Below are positions 45,320-60,400 of a DNA stretch of 64,000 bases, piece by piece (positions within the stretch are counted from its first letter, which is position 1; each line of letters opens with the position of its first letter). The notes under the pieces were generated by a model. The model saw nothing but the letters and a program-made list of their open reading frames with translations. It did not search any database and was not told where the DNA came from. Source of the stretch: Sphagnum compactum (taxonomy: Eukaryota). The translations under genes were made by a program, and so were the position numbers. The stretch is from positions 27,766,213-27,830,212 of the forward strand of contig OZ234493.1 of the NCBI GenBank assembly GCA_965153455.1, given 5' to 3'.

Positions 45320-45690
45320 ATTCTAAATGACTATGAAAATTTCAAAGAATTCAAAACTTAACTATTGGAATCCCAAAAACTATGAAAATTCCAAAGAATT
45401 CAAAACTTAGCTCTTGAAATTTTAAATAACCATGAAAATTTCAGAAAATTCAAAAGTTAGCTCTTGAAATTCTAAATGACTATGAAAATTCCAAAGAACT
45501 TAAAACTTAAGTTTTGAAATTCTTAAAAAACTATGAAAGTTCGAGAAAATTCAAAACTTAGCTCTTGAAATTTTAAACAACTATGAAAAATTCCAAATAA
45601 TTCAAAACTTAGCTTTTGGAATTATAAATAACTATGAAAAATCCAAAGAACTCAAAACTTAATTATTGAAATTCCAAAACTTAATTACTA
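45320..45690. repeat. ~50-bp tandem repeat, about 7 copies
   Basis: CTATGAAAATTCCAAAGAATTCAAAACTTAGCTCTTGAAAT-type unit at 45331, 45380, 45430, 45480, 45531, 45581 and 45632. Confidence 0.9.
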
Positions 45691-47849
45691 AAATCATGAC
45701 TTTGTTGATTTTATATTAGATTTATGAGCATCAAAATCAAGTTTCCATTTTGTTGATGTGGGCTCCAATTCATTAGGAAAATTTGATTAGGATGGAAGAA
45801 AAAAGGCCAAATCAAATGGAAGTTCAATGTGTTCCTTAAAATCATAAGTTGAGAAGTAGGAATCAACTAAAATTTACCTTATAAGTTGGTTTTGATTAGA
45901 AGCTAAACTTGTTTTAGATGTGGTTGAATGAGGAAATCAGCTTTTGACATACCCACCACAACTTTCAACCATTTTCCCTCAATGGTAAAAAAAATATGAT
46001 CTCCAATTGTTGTTGCAGTTGAAATTCATGAGATTCTAGCCTTCTTGATGGTTGTTTTCACACCACATGTCGACAAATAAGAGATCTAGTCAAGTGCAAA
46101 CATAAATCTTTATTGAAAGGAAATTAAAACATGGTGCTCACAACATGGAACATAACATCAAGAACTCCTCAAGGTTTTTGTCACATAAAATACACAAACT
46201 TGTGCAATGAAGAAAAAAAAGTCAAACCATCAACACCAAGGTATTTAACTAAAAGACCAAATCACAAATAACCAAACTAATATAAGTAAAAAAAGTAATT
46301 CAACTTTGTGAAAGTAACCTAGTTACTTTCCTACTCCAGTAACTAATGAAACCTAACTAGTTGAACTTGAATCCTCAACACCACATTACAATGCACATCG
46401 CCATTCATAGTTGTAATAATAATATCGGGTACATGACATTCTGCACATAATTTTCAAAGGGTTGAATATAGATAATAATCCAACAACTTGAAAGAAGAAA
46501 AGCAAATTATTAATGAACTAATGGTAAAAGAAATATACAATCTAGAAAGTGGATTTTTTAAAATGAACAAAAATAAACTACCTCTCTTATAGGAGGTTGG
46601 TGGCCTATTAATTTGGTGTGGAGTTGAAGCAGTCATGCTTTCATGTTTTCATCACCCACTTTAGACTTGATATAATATAGGGTTGTGTTTAGAGAAATCG
46701 GTCACCAATTGTTATTGTTGTCACATCTTAACCAACACCATACTAGCACATTGACTAAATTTTTTGGCTTCAACCAATTGGTCGTATTCTATTATTAATT
46801 GATTACCAAAAGCAAAAATATCTTAATCAAATTGACTTTCACCATTAGCAATCATGAGTTGCCTTTCATGGTTGCTCTATCCATGTCTTATTGCAGTAAC
46901 AATGACAATAATGGTGGTGGTGGAAAAGTTGGACTATAATGACCTAGATCTAAATTCTCTAAAAGAATCAAAATGGAATAAATTGGAATCAAAGCAAGTT
47001 CAAATGTTGTAATGGACAACACAATAATGGTGGATTCCACCATAAGAATAGTTGGCATGTCCTTTTTTTCAAACCCCCTCTGAAACCTAGCCTCTTAAAC
47101 CAAAATTCTTAAACCTGACATATAACCCTTTTTGGAGCACATTTTCATGCATTTGAATGTGGGGGGATGTAACACACAAGGTGATCATAATCGATCTTCT
47201 TAAATCAAGTAACTCACAATAGAGGTAAGCATGACCCGAATCATCCATGGTTATTTTGGTTATGTAGTCAAAAATGCCATATCGATTCAGCACCAACCCC
47301 TCAAAAAACACATCACAAAACACACATATCCAAATCATCGACACTAATAATTGTTTTACCTTTATGGACAACAACAATAAATGACAACATTGTAAAAAAT
47401 GAAAATCAATAGAACTTACTTCAATGTAAGATATAAACACTTACATATGAAATGCACATCACTTTCTAGAAAACCACTCCTTGAAAACTCAAGGTGAAAA
47501 TCAAGTGAAAAGAGAAAGTGAAAGAATATGAAGAAAGATATATGGAGATGAAAGTTTTGTATGTTACAAAAAGAAGTCAAAGATCGTAAATGGAATGTTT
47601 ATGCCCAAGAAATTTGTATATTATCAAGGTCTTTAATGTGTTGTAAAAAAGATGACTAGATTAGTTAGTCAAAGGAGATTCATTGGAAAAATAAAAATTT
47701 CTTAAGCATAAACACTTATAAAATCAAATATGTGATGTTGTACTAAAGTAGTTACTTAACATTAATTCAAAATATGGAACATTAATTAGTAACTAAAATA
47801 ATTACCTAACTAAGTAAAACTAATATAAAAACTAATAACAAATTAGTTA

Positions 47850-48760
47850 ACATTTATCAGATTATAACTTAATATATATAGAGGTCAAATTCATATTTAA
47901 TACATGACAACATCTAACTAAACAAAATAATTATAGATTTTAGCTTAATATTTTAAAAGGTTAAATTTGTGATGTTGTAACATTTATAAATATTTAATTT
48001 ATGGTTAGATCCATGGTTAGTTAATATTTGTAAAGTCAAATATGTGATTAAATTTGTGATGTAATAACACATATAAAGGTTAAACTTATGGTTAGATTTG
48101 TGGATAATTAACACTTATAAAAATCAAATATGTGGTCAAATATTTGATGTTGTAATAGATATAAAGGTTGAATCTATGGTTAGATTTGTGATTTTATAAT
48201 ATTTATAAAAGTCAAATTTGAGATGACACCTGTGATATTGTAACACATATAAAAGTCAAATCTATGGTTAGATTTGTGATTAACTAATATTTATAAAAAT
48301 CAACTATGTGGTCAGATTTGCGATAACTTTTATAGATGTTAACCAACCATGAATCTAACCATACATTTGGCTTTTATATGTATTATAACATCACAGATCT
48401 GACCACATATTTGACTTTTATATGTGTTACAACATTAAAAATCTAACCATTGATTTAACTTCTATAAATATTAATTAACCATGGACCTAACCACAAATTC
48501 AATCTTTAGAAATGATATAAAACTGTATATCTGAAAATTTTTAAATATTAAGTTAAAACCTATAATTATTTTGTTAGTTAGATGTTATCATGTATTAAAT
48601 ATGAATTTGATTTTTATATGTGTTACATCAAGATCTTATAAGTATTAACTAATTAGTTATCAATTAATATCCATCTTCAATCCATCCATCCATTTTTTAT
48701 CCATCATCCTTCCATCCTCCCATCCATCCATCCTTCATCCCTCATCCATTCATGTTTCCT
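47850..48760. repeat. Two inverted copies of an AT-rich dispersed repeat (third, direct copy at ~44120-44850)
   Basis: TCAAATTCATATTTAATACATGA occurs at ~44341 and ~47885, and inverted at ~48590-48610. GGAT tracts at 44120-44280 mirror ATCC tracts at 48670-48760. Confidence 0.7.
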
Positions 48761-51700
48761 TCATCCATGTTTTTTTTATAAACATGATTGATTAGTCAAT
48801 AGTGAATTTATAATCAAACCTTATCCATTAAAATCTTGTCTCCAACCCTTATGCCCAATCACTATTGTTCCCTTAAAGCATTTTATGGAGCCAATAGATT
48901 ATTTTGCTTCATAGATAGATGTACAGATTGTAAATAGTTATGATTATATCATTCTGAAACATTTCAAATCATTTAAAATTTGAATTAACATTGAAAACAC
49001 TAGTTATAATGCTTTTTAAATGCCTTTGAATATTTTATACTCATTAAATTTCTTTCAAACGTGAACAAATGTTCCCATGATATATTTGAAATATTTTTGT
49101 AAAAATATATCAAATAATTTCAACATTAATTTCACTTCTCACTTTAAAACATGAAAAATTAACCATTGATTACACTTTAACTTATCACTATATTGTTTTT
49201 GCATTCAAAATGTAATCAATAGGAACAATCAACAAGACTGTGTCATTTGTGATCAATTAGGTCATTTTGTAGAATTATTTGTGTATGTTGATGTGTTGTC
49301 AATATTTATTGAGAGTGGTAAGTAGAAGTTAAAAAAACTCCCCACAAGTTACAAGTAGACAAAATCAAGTGGATGTATATGTGCACAAATGTTGAATATG
49401 TACAAATACCACACTACAAATGGTTAACACATACTTTTTCATTTAAATGAAACTTTTGTATAGCTTTGCACCTACATGGGTAATAATAGCATTGTGCATG
49501 CTCCTATTCTAATAGCTCTTTTCATAACACATATAATGTGGTAAAGCTACAATTACTTACTCTAGTACAACCACCCTATAATCATGTGTTCCTATGACTA
49601 TGTTGACCTTTTCATTAATGCCCACAATTGAAGTAATAGTGTAAGTGCTTTGGTTGGTTGAGGTTATTACCATTACATTTATTGTTATTTGAGTATTGTT
49701 AGTTAGCCCAAGGTTGGTCCCCTTGCACATTTTAAAACAATATTCCATTCAAAGTAACTATTCATATTGGTCAATAGGGTTAAAAAATTGGACCTTTTTA
49801 ATGACGTGGCTTCCAATGCTCGATTCCACATACAAAGCTTGATTTGCTTGTCCCCTCCCTTGTGATTGATATGTGAAAATCAATTCTAGTCCTAATCATG
49901 ACATAAAACATCAAGTCAAAGAAAGAGGGTGGCAATTCAAAAAAAGGCCAAAAATAAAGAAAACTACGAACAACCAAAATTAAGTAAATAATTATTAGAC
50001 ACAAGGAATGTAAGCATAATTTTGGAGTGTGGCCTCATTATGATGGATGTAAATGTAAGATTAGACTGAAGTGCACAATATTTGTAAACAACAATGTGGT
50101 TCCCATGGATTATATGAACAATAAAGTCCAATTTCATGGATTTTCCAAAGGTTGCAAATAACTGATCATACCTAACATAGGGCAAAAACCAAAAACCCAA
50201 AGATAAATAATGGGCCATTTTTCAACTTCGTATTCAAGCTAGCACCATTAATAAACTAGACCAGATTACTTTCCTAATTATTATGACAAAGAACAATGAA
50301 AATAATGGTACAAAACACCCAACCATTTTTACTTGTTCTAGTGTCATTTATATGCAAAAGATACATGTGAATTGTGACATCAAAGGTGGAGATGGAAAAC
50401 ACAACAAGAGGTTTGGAACAAATGGAAGCATGGCTTGTGAATTGAAACATATTTGTCCATGAAAAATCCATGGGTGGAAAATACAAATTGTCAAAAATCT
50501 TATCTTAATATTATGGAATAAACTTGTAATACATTATAGGGCATATGATATTAACTTCAATGGAAACTTTCCATGGCACTAGGTGCAATTAGGCAAAGTT
50601 CATGTTGCATGTTATCTTGGGAGAACGCACAAAAGAAATTGATGAGGGAGTCGTGTATTAGAATTATTCATAAATTGCCTTAAATTGTTCATTAAAGGTC
50701 CAATAGGGGTCGAAATGTTAGGTGAGCAACAAGTTTTTGAATTTTGTATTGGGTGTTGCAGTCAAAACCAAACTCCTTTTAAGAATTTTTTTTAGCACTT
50801 GGGGAGATGCTAAAAAGAATTTGGTCTAGATTTTGTTGCCTAAAGCAAATCTTGAAGCAAACATGCAATGGAAGGTTGCCAACACACCCTTCACAACCAC
50901 ATCAAATGTTAAACTCAACATGAAATTGTTGAGTTTCATGGGTTTGTCAAGTATTTAAAAAAATTTATGGATAACAACAAAAAGGGGTGACCAAATCAAC
51001 ATGGTACAAAATAAATCATCAAAGTATTAGAATCCCATGATTGAGGAAAAAGCTTTGGATTAATCAAAGGTTATTTAATGTCAATTCAAGAATCTCACAA
51101 TTAAAAATAATGATCTATTTGTTAACAAAACACTTATGATTGAAGTAAAAAAAACATGTTATTTTTTAACTTACAAACATCTGACCTTAAAACCTCGAAA
51201 TCCAAGTTCTATTTTAGCACAAACACATACATGTGACTTTCAAAGGTTTTATATAAATTTATTCCTTAGATTATTTTTTTCTTCTTAAAAAGTCTTGGGA
51301 GAAATAAAATGGTGTTACATGCAAATGTGTATCCTTCAAATTATGACCATTTCTAAACATTCTTCCTTGTGAGAAAATCAAAATATCTATTGAGAGAAGT
51401 CAAAAAAGAAATATTGAAAAAACCCATTGTGTTTCCTTAAAAATGAAGCCATGAAAAGGATGTTGTTATTGTTATTTTGAAGAGATTTTTTCTTGTTGTC
51501 CTGAACAAGGACCCTTCACATTAGCAAGCTTGCATTTCCAACTTGTCAACTCCACAAGTTTTTAGCATTAAAATTATCCTAATTCCATGAATGCGTATCC
51601 AAGAAATTTCATTTGTGAATTTTCAATGGATGAATGGATTTATTTTTTTATGAATATGGAAAATACTCATGGATGAAAAATTAAACTTTGATGGAATGAA

Positions 51701-54700
51701 ATTCATACATGCAATTACAATTGTTAAAAGGACCCCTTAGTTAGGGACATGTTTGGTTGCTAGATGGCCTTTGCTAATGATCCTTATGTCTCTTTACAAA
51801 CTTTACATATTCCAATAATGCAATAATGGTCACATTTGGATCATTTTTATCCCCATGGTTAATCACTTTTCCAAGGCATCATGCATTTTGCAAAAAAGGT
51901 ACAAAACGTTTTTTTCTATAAATATTTTACAATTTAGGTTAACAAAAATATTTCAAACAATATTTTTTTTAGCAAAAAAAGTTTCCTTTGAATAATCACA
52001 AAATTTCAAATTTCAAATGTGATTTTTTAAGGATTATCTCCCATGAAATTTATTTATTTATCCAATATTGTAATGTAGTTCATCATTAATGATCAACTCA
52101 AAAAGCATGAATTTGCAATGCATTTACCAAAAAAAAATTTCCAAATTGTATAGCATCAAACACAAAAAACTACATTAAGGTCCGATACCATAAAAATTGT
52201 CAAAGTTTAGCAAAACTTTTGGCCTAATAATGTTTTTTCGTAACATTTTGGCAGATTTGTTTTTAAGAAATAAGAAATTTGTGACAATGAATTCTTTTAA
52301 ATTTTGAATTCAAATAAAAATGAAAACATAAACCCAATTTGGATAACGATGTCCTTTTCACCATTTGACTATGTCAATGAATGAGATTAAACATTATATC
52401 AATGGTCATTTTTTTGACAAATGACTCATCATGATTCATAAAGATTATCTAAAGTTTCCACCACCCATTTTGAACTTTTGCTTACATTTGAACCATTAAA
52501 TAATTATTATCACAAAAGGATAAATAGTCATATTTTCAAGATGAAAGATGATTGTCACAAAATATTTCACAAGAGAAATATTAATTATTTAAATGTTGAA
52601 GGTTTTTTTCATATTTGAACATACATGAACTTTAAGGGAAAAATTAATAAAATGTTTCTATTAGTAGCCCACTTAGATCAATATGCATGTTGAACATGGG
52701 AATTTACATTTGATTTTTTGGTTTTTGTCACTTTAAAAAAACGCCCATTGTAGGTCATGTATAAGTTTTGTTGTAACAAAACCATCATAACATCAACAAT
52801 TTATACAATCAAGATAATACTGGCAAATATATATATATATATGCAACAACATTTCAACTATGAAAGTATATCAACCTTGGTTGGTATAAACCAATCTATG
52901 AATTAAAATACAAATGCCACTCAAGCCACTTAGTTTAGATGGCTATGAAAATCAATGGAAAAAGTCTTATGATGTCAATGCCAATGTCATCATTGTGAAA
53001 GTTTGTAAGATTGCACTAGTGATGATGAATGTTGATGACGAAACTAATGAAGATAAATATGATAATGACTTTTGAGGAGGTAGATGATGTAGACAATGAA
53101 AACTACAAGGAGAACAATGAGGAGGACCATGAGGACAAGGATGATGATGATAAGGCCAAGTTGGTGGTGTTAACACATAGGAATTAAAAACATTATAATT
53201 ATGATGATGGTAATTTCATCATGTTGATTAGTTTTAATGAAAATGAAAATGATGAAGAATTACATGAAAGCCAAACCCCATGGTTGTCGCAACATCTCAA
53301 GTGAAGAAATTTTTTAAAAATTCAATTGGTGCAAACTAATCCATGAATTACAATACAAGTGCCACTCAAGCCCAACTTAGCAAGTTATGAAGCTCAATTG
53401 AAAAAGTTTTTTGTGCCAATGTCATTAATCTTTTTTAAAAGATATAAAAAAACTACAACAATAGAATGTCTATTGAAGAGGTGGTAATGAACATGACTAA
53501 TGGATGCCACATGAATCCACTAACCTTTTTTTTGTTTTAAAAACACATTTGGAGCCAATGAGAATTTAGATTTAGGTTTTGTCCAACCAAATGTTCACTA
53601 AAAATTTTGTTTCAAAGAATGTTTGAGTACTTTCAAATTGCTTCTTCATTGTTTGTTACTTTCTTGAGCTTCATTTTTATTGTGGTTTTTTTTTACGATC
53701 CATCTTTCAAGTTGTTATTCTTTGGGACAACACTTTGGATGTCATAATGTTAGCTATGTTATTGACCTAGAAGAATTGATGCAAATTTACAAAATAATCA
53801 TGTTGTAAAATTATAAATAGAAAAGCCTTAAATATAAGTTCTATGTTAAGATTTTTATTCCCAATAGTATAAAAGGATAACAATAGAAAAAAAGGGGGCA
53901 CCTTGAATATGAATTTTGCATTTCACTTTGGGAGGAGTGAATGTGTGTGTGTGTGTTGGGGAGGGAGGGGGTAGGTTGTTTCGATGATTTTATGTTCTAG
54001 AAAAAAACAAAATCACAACAACAAAATAAGAGAGGAACTTTGAATATGAATTTTGCATTTGATTTGGGAGGAATGGGGATAGGGTGGGAAGGGAAGGTTG
54101 TAGAGTAGATTTTGCATCCCCATATATTCTCTTTATTAGGCAATGAAGTTTGTGACTCCCTTGTAAGCTCAACAACATATCACAAAAGTTTTTCCTTGCA
54201 CCATATATGTGTGTTATTTTTGGGATTCCATGGGTTTTGGTTTGGTTAAATTAAGCTTTTGAAATGCACCATGGTAAGGCCAAAATTAATGAAAATATTT
54301 TCATATCATTAATGCCTCACACTTTGTTGATGCAATTTAAAGCCCAAATAACATATTGCATATTTCAATATTGTCATTAAATTTGTTATTGAATTTGGGT
54401 GTGTAGGAAATGCTGAAATGTTTGATGATGTCAAATGACATGGTGGACATGTGTATTAATGTCATCGTTATGAATGACAAATGTCAACGTATGTGAATAT
54501 CAAGACCAACAAGTAAGACAATGAGATTTCATATTCCAAATTCCATGCATGTATGGCATTCACAACATTACAAAACTGGTTACAAATCAATATAGATGGC
54601 GTATTTTCACCTCAATTTGTTATCCATGAATTCCATCGATGGCTCGTGATATGAAATCAAAGATGTGGAGATCATTCTTAAGGTCATTTTGATGCATTTG

Positions 54701-56082
54701 TGTGCTTTGCATTCTTTTCATTTGTGGTACAAAATACCATGCATAAATTTCTTGCTTGATTCTAGTGCATATAATTTGCACCAAATGATCATGTTGTATT
54801 GTTCATCATAGGTTGGTTATGTTGCTTTAACTTTGAATGGTAATCATTACAAGAAACTTGAGTTCATTTGGCTTGAAAATCAACAAGCTAAGGGTTTGTT
54901 ATTGTTGGGGAGGTAGGTTGCCCTTGCTCAAATCCACAACAAAAATCACAACATGAGTATCTAAATTCACAGAAGCTTAAGTTCTAGTCTCCTCCTTCTC
55001 CTCACCAATTTAGGGAAGATGAACGTGTAACAACCAAAGACATGTCTTTGAAAAACCAAATAGAGTTTAGTATCTTCCGGGAAAAAAACCAAATAACGTG
55101 TCTTTTCATATGTAATTTAGTCCAAGATGTGTTTTTTCGCATCTAAAAAAACTAGGGTGCACAAATATACATGGCTTGAAACCGTAGACTCTAGATAAAT
55201 CCAAAGAACTAAGTAAAGGTTGGACTAGATTTGACTTTAAAGAAAACTCTATTAGCTAATTTTTCTTTTAAGCCTTATGAAGTGTGCTTCATAGTAGCAA
55301 AGCTCAAAATGGTGTAGAAAACTTGGAAGGTCCAACCCTCCAATTTAGTAAAACCACCTTCCACAAACCAAACAAACTCAATCTAAGCACCTTAGAGAAG
55401 GATGTCAGAGATGAAGGGGAAGGAGGGAGCAGTGGCCCTAGAGAAGGGAAAAACAAAAAGAATGTTGAAAATGAAACAGGAAGGTCCATGGAACCCAATT
55501 CCAAATGTAGTTACACAAGCAACAACCCCCAATAGGGCAAGGAAGGTATGAAGAAAAACTTGTCTTGTGTGAATGCAGCCCACACGACAATTCAAAGGTA
55601 ATTTGTCCAAGTGTGAATTCATAGTCAAAGGTTTTGAAAAAGTTTGCTGACATGGCATTCAGTTATTGGCTCTGAGCATAGCAGCTATATTCCATAGCCT
55701 GCCTGTTCTTGTTGATTTCATAACATAGCTAGGTCAGAAGCTAAAAATATTTAACACCAGTGAGAAGACAAAACTGTTTTGATCACAAAGCATCAACAGT
55801 ACTGCAACCTCTGTCTTCCAGAGGGTCCATGTCTGGACTGTAAGATCAAACAACTATCTGCAGAACACACCTGTATAACCCTGCTTTGTTCAAGGAATCC
55901 ATTAATTTTATAGTTCCCCTACAAAGTCTGTGAAACATGGGATGACATAAAATGTGTAAACATTTTTTCTACTTCCATATATAACCCAAAATCAGGATGT
56001 TGCAGATAAAACAATGTGTACTTACTACCATTCTAGTGACAAATAATCTGAAGCAGCACACATAGAAAGCATGCTGAGCTCC

Positions 56083-57420
56083 CTACACAATCTGTAAATT
56101 TTCAAAATGCCTATGTAAAATGCAACATGGGCACTCCCAGTCTTCTTCCTCCTCATCTTCTTCATCCACTTCATCTTCCACATCTTCCACATCTCCATCC
56201 TCATCATTCTCATCTAGAGGTCCAAGAACTGAAGGCCCTTGTGTACACTTGGCAAGCACCTTGCGTATTGCCCCTAGTCCAGTTTTAGAGATGTGATTTC
56301 TGTTCAAATTCAGCAATCCAAATCCAGTCTTTCCAGCCACCACCTGTGCAGCTGCCAAAGCCCCTATGCTTCCCAACATATTTTCACTCAAATCAAGCTC
56401 CTTAAGAGCTTCATGGCCAGAGATGAGTGCTTGGCACACAACAACAGCCCCTTTATCTTTGAGTTCATTCTCTGCCAGATTCAGTCGTGTTAGGAACTTC
56501 AAGGATTGAACACAAGCTGCAATAGCAGACACAGCTTTTGCTGTGATCTCATTACCCCCGAGCTCTAGCACTCTCAAATATGTAGCTCCATTTGCCAGGG
56601 CTTCTGCAACAGCAACCGTGCCATCATCTTCCAACCCTAAATCACTCAGATATACCTCAGCAAGCTGTGTGTGCATTCTCAACATCTTTGCCAATGCAAA
56701 GCCTCCATCAGGTCCAAACATGTTATCATGGATATCAATTCTCCTCAGCGTTTTGCAACTTTGGAGAGATTCTGCGAGAGCTATACCTCCTTCTATTCCA
56801 ACCCGGGATGAGGAGAACTGAAAATCTTCAAGATTTGGAGATCTCTTCACTAACTCTGCTAACACCTCTGCCCCAGCATCTCCAGTCATGTTATTGTGGA
56901 AATGAAGAATACGGATCTCTTGTGCTGAAGGCAGCAACTCACAAATAGCTCTTCCAGCATCCTCTGATATTCCATTGTTCATGAAGTAAAGAGCCTGTAA
57001 TGAGGTCTGCGACTTGAGGAGTGTTGAAAATGCTCGGACACCCTTCTCTCCTAATGCATTGTCTGAGAGATTCAAGGATGTGAGGCAACTTCCCTCCAGA
57101 GCTGAAGAGAGGATGGCCCCATGACCATCAGAGCTTCTCCTTCAGGTCACCCTGCTACAATGTCTGATAGGTCCACTTCTCTAAGGTTGGATTTCATGGC
57201 CTTCAATACATGAGCAGCCACTTTAGCGGCCTCAATCCCAAAACTCCAGTTACTGAAACACACTTTACGATAAAAATGTCCTCGATGTAGTAATTGTTTC
57301 AACAGGATACTTGCTGTTGCTTTGTCGAGATATGCCCTTTTCCCAGTTGACATGTCAAAAACCTCATCAAGTTTCCTCTCAAGTGACTCTGGAATTGAAA
57401 CCAGTACATCATCATCAGGT
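56083..57420 (-). pseudogene. RanGAP: Ran GTPase-activating protein (plant RanGAP LRR domain plus acidic tail), disrupted
   Basis: VFDMSTGKRA...CFSNWSFG...EVDLSDIVAG*PE and LNLSDNALGEKGVRAF motifs, plus a D/E tail. TGA at 57147-57149 replaces the Arg of GRPE, and a frameshift lies in the G run near 57117-57120. 5' end not resolved. Confidence 0.85.
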
Positions 57421-60400
57421 ACATCGTGACCTGCAGAGCAATGTATACCATTAGTAATCTGACCACCACAACTGTCAGACAACAAGGTCCCAGGCTATGA
57501 ACACAACAGACAACCAATTCACTGATAGAGGCTACTGCCCTGAGACTTTCTGAACCAAAAATGTGCCTGTGATCTCTTGTCAGTAGACAAACTCCATTGC
57601 AGCAGTAGAAAAGCACTAGTCAAACTCCTCTCCTGATGCCTGAGTGCATAAACCCTATTCAGAGCCAAACTAAGCATAGAAAAATAGCATGTTTTAGAAG
57701 GTAGGAAAAAACCCTTGTGACACATCATCAGATGAGCATCAGGAAATCACTGTTTGAATCATCTGAACAACAAAAAACAAGTGGCTCGTTGCATAATGGC
57801 TCTGCACTTTAAACCTTAAACGTTAGGGTGGACCAATTTGGTCTGCTTTTCAATGTATTTTTGCCTTTCTCTGACATTTAGGGGCTAAATGGCATCCATA
57901 AGAGCATCTTCTCCAGCACTGACTATGTGGCCCTGCACTGGAAAACTTCGATGAGGTGCAGCAGCCAAATCCAGTGGATTCACTGCAAGACTGCTGTTTG
58001 ACTGCTGTGACCCTGGAAAAATGCACAGCTTTCAGAGGCCTGGAGGAGCCCTGGAAAAGTCTAATAAACACAATCAAATCGTATTTATTGTCTACTCCCT
58101 GTTTCTGATTTGCTATAGTCCACATGGGTTGTTACTAGTAGTTTCCCACGTATTTGCAGTCCCAGTTCTAGTTTTATGGGTGGGGTTGGAAAAAGTAAGT
58201 AACTAAAACTTGGATGTGAGAAATATTTTGGCAGGGTCACACACTGAGCACCGCTGGAGATGCTCTAAATTGGAAACACATGGTGGTTAGCATGGAGAAG
58301 TCCAAATGGATCCTTCAGGTAGCTGGAAAATGTTTCTAAGATTAACTCCACATGACCCTAGAATGTAAAGATACTAAACTTTGGCCCATTGTTTCTTGGT
58401 GAATCGATCACAATGTCTCTATCCTGAAAGGGCAGAGTCAAAAAACAAGCGCCTCTGTTTAAAGAACCTCTCTTTATAAGTATCCAAACATCTGCTCGAA
58501 TCAGACAAATCAGGTTAGAGACAGATCTCTTGGAGACCATTATCAAGCATCCAGGAAATAACTCCACAACACGAAAACTGAGTCAATAAAAAAAAAAAAA
58601 GACAATTCTCAAACCTGTCGTTACTCGATCAAAGTCGTGAGTGGGCGCCATTTTGCACTCATCTGCTGGCCGTTTGGTTCGTCGTTGCCGCCACTTACTC
58701 GCTTCCCCGCCAGCCACCTTCCCGTCTCTTCACTATGTTCCGAGAGGGGCTTTCCGAAGCCACAAAGCAACCTGCCCGCAGTGAACACAAGCGAAAAGGC
58801 AGACCCGACAACGAGGTCATCAGAGACGAAGAAAGACGGAGACCCTACGCCACCCCTCCCCAATGTGGTCGGGAACGGTTCCCTCGAAAGTTCCTTTTCT
58901 CGATTCCCTGGCGTTCTCCGTGTGCGAAGCACGAGAATTGCGAAGCTTTTTTTGAAAAAAGTCATCATATTTAGACACATTTTCTAATCCTGGGGACGGT
59001 TACTAGTCAACACATTTCGATTGTTTGCTAGTTTCACGTTTCAACCTTCAACACTGATCTCTAAAAAGGTTGTCGCCATCAACGTGCCACAGCAAAAATC
59101 TGAAAAAGAAAAACCCTGCCCACCAGTATTTGTTTGGTCAATTTTGTGATGTAGTGCATCCTGGGCAACCTGCTCTCTCCTGCAGAAAGCCCAGGATGTA
59201 TTACATAGCATGAGCACGAGACAGCATTGTCATGAACCTGAACGTAGGTCGATCTGCACGTGTAAGAAAAGGGTTCTTACTTCTTACCCCTATTCAGACT
59301 GATATTCTGCCTATAACTAAGCACAATTTCCCTTTCACTCTTAGTAGGCATAGTATGCCTGCTCTCTTTCAGGAGAGATATTAATGTGTAGGGCAACTCC
59401 CAAGGAGTGAGGAGTTCTAAAAATAATCACCCTTGGCTATCATCACAAACGCGATTATTTTACGGAACCTCGCTCCAAGGGGAGTTACCCAAACAAAATG
59501 CCCACCCCCATGGAGCCACATTGCGAACTGACCCATGAAGATGCAAAATTCATGATGAAACCATGATGACGTCATGAAATGCCTGATGACAAAACCAAAC
59601 TTCCTCTTGTCTCCTAGAAGGGGGAATTTTCATTTCATAAAATCCCACTCCTCCTAGTGTTAAAAAAGGCAGCCAAGGGCATTATGAATGTAAGATACCT
59701 TTCAAATATGCTAAGAATTTTCACCAAGTGCTTCATGAAAGCAATTGATGTGATTTCTAATGCCTGCCCAGGACAGGTTGATAACCTCCCCCACTCTGTT
59801 GGGATTTGATGGCTCAGAATCTGAGGCGCCCAGCGTTTTTTTTGACAAATTTTGTTGGTTTTTTTACAAAAAGTTTGGGAAAATGTTAGCATTTTTTGTT
59901 TTCTACTTTGAATTCAACTAGGTAAATTTGCTGATTATTTGAAGGAACCCGCCAAACTTTCGATATCACAAAAATATAAAAAAAAGAAAAAAACCTATGG
60001 CTCAGACCAGGGTCAGATTCCTCAAGTGGGTCCACTGCCAAGGATCCCCAGCATTAAATGGCAATTGTCGTAGGTGGGCTGTAGCATTTTTACAAAAGTG
60101 CTGTTACAAGTGACGACTTAAGAAGTGCCTAGGTCTAGATGTGGTTAATTTAATTATTTCTATTTCGAAAAATGGAGAAAATCCATTTAAATCCCTATTC
60201 TCTCGGTTTTTTCATTTTTGAAAACATATTCGCCAAGTGGAGAAATTTCGCTACCAGACAAATTCTTGGCTCAGCCGGGGTTTGCGAGTTTTCCTCCGAC
60301 TACAAAATACTCTCCGCAAGAACTCGCTGTTTAGGTTGCAATATCGTTCTGGGCCTGATATGCATGCCAGTTGTTAACTCCCTTGAGACTCATGTAGCGG

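Noticed and set aside
45320-45690. CRISPR-like array
   Set aside because: Units are similar along their whole length with no unique spacers; eukaryotic context and no cas genes.
49300-51700. Possible Helitron/PIF1 helicase remnants
   Set aside because: Only faint motif resemblance in short broken frames; not supportable without a translated HMM search.
58621-58987. Standalone genes from overlapping ORFs in the GC-richer patch
   Set aside because: Open on both strands with no domain; more likely a promoter or 5' exon region of the RanGAP-like gene.
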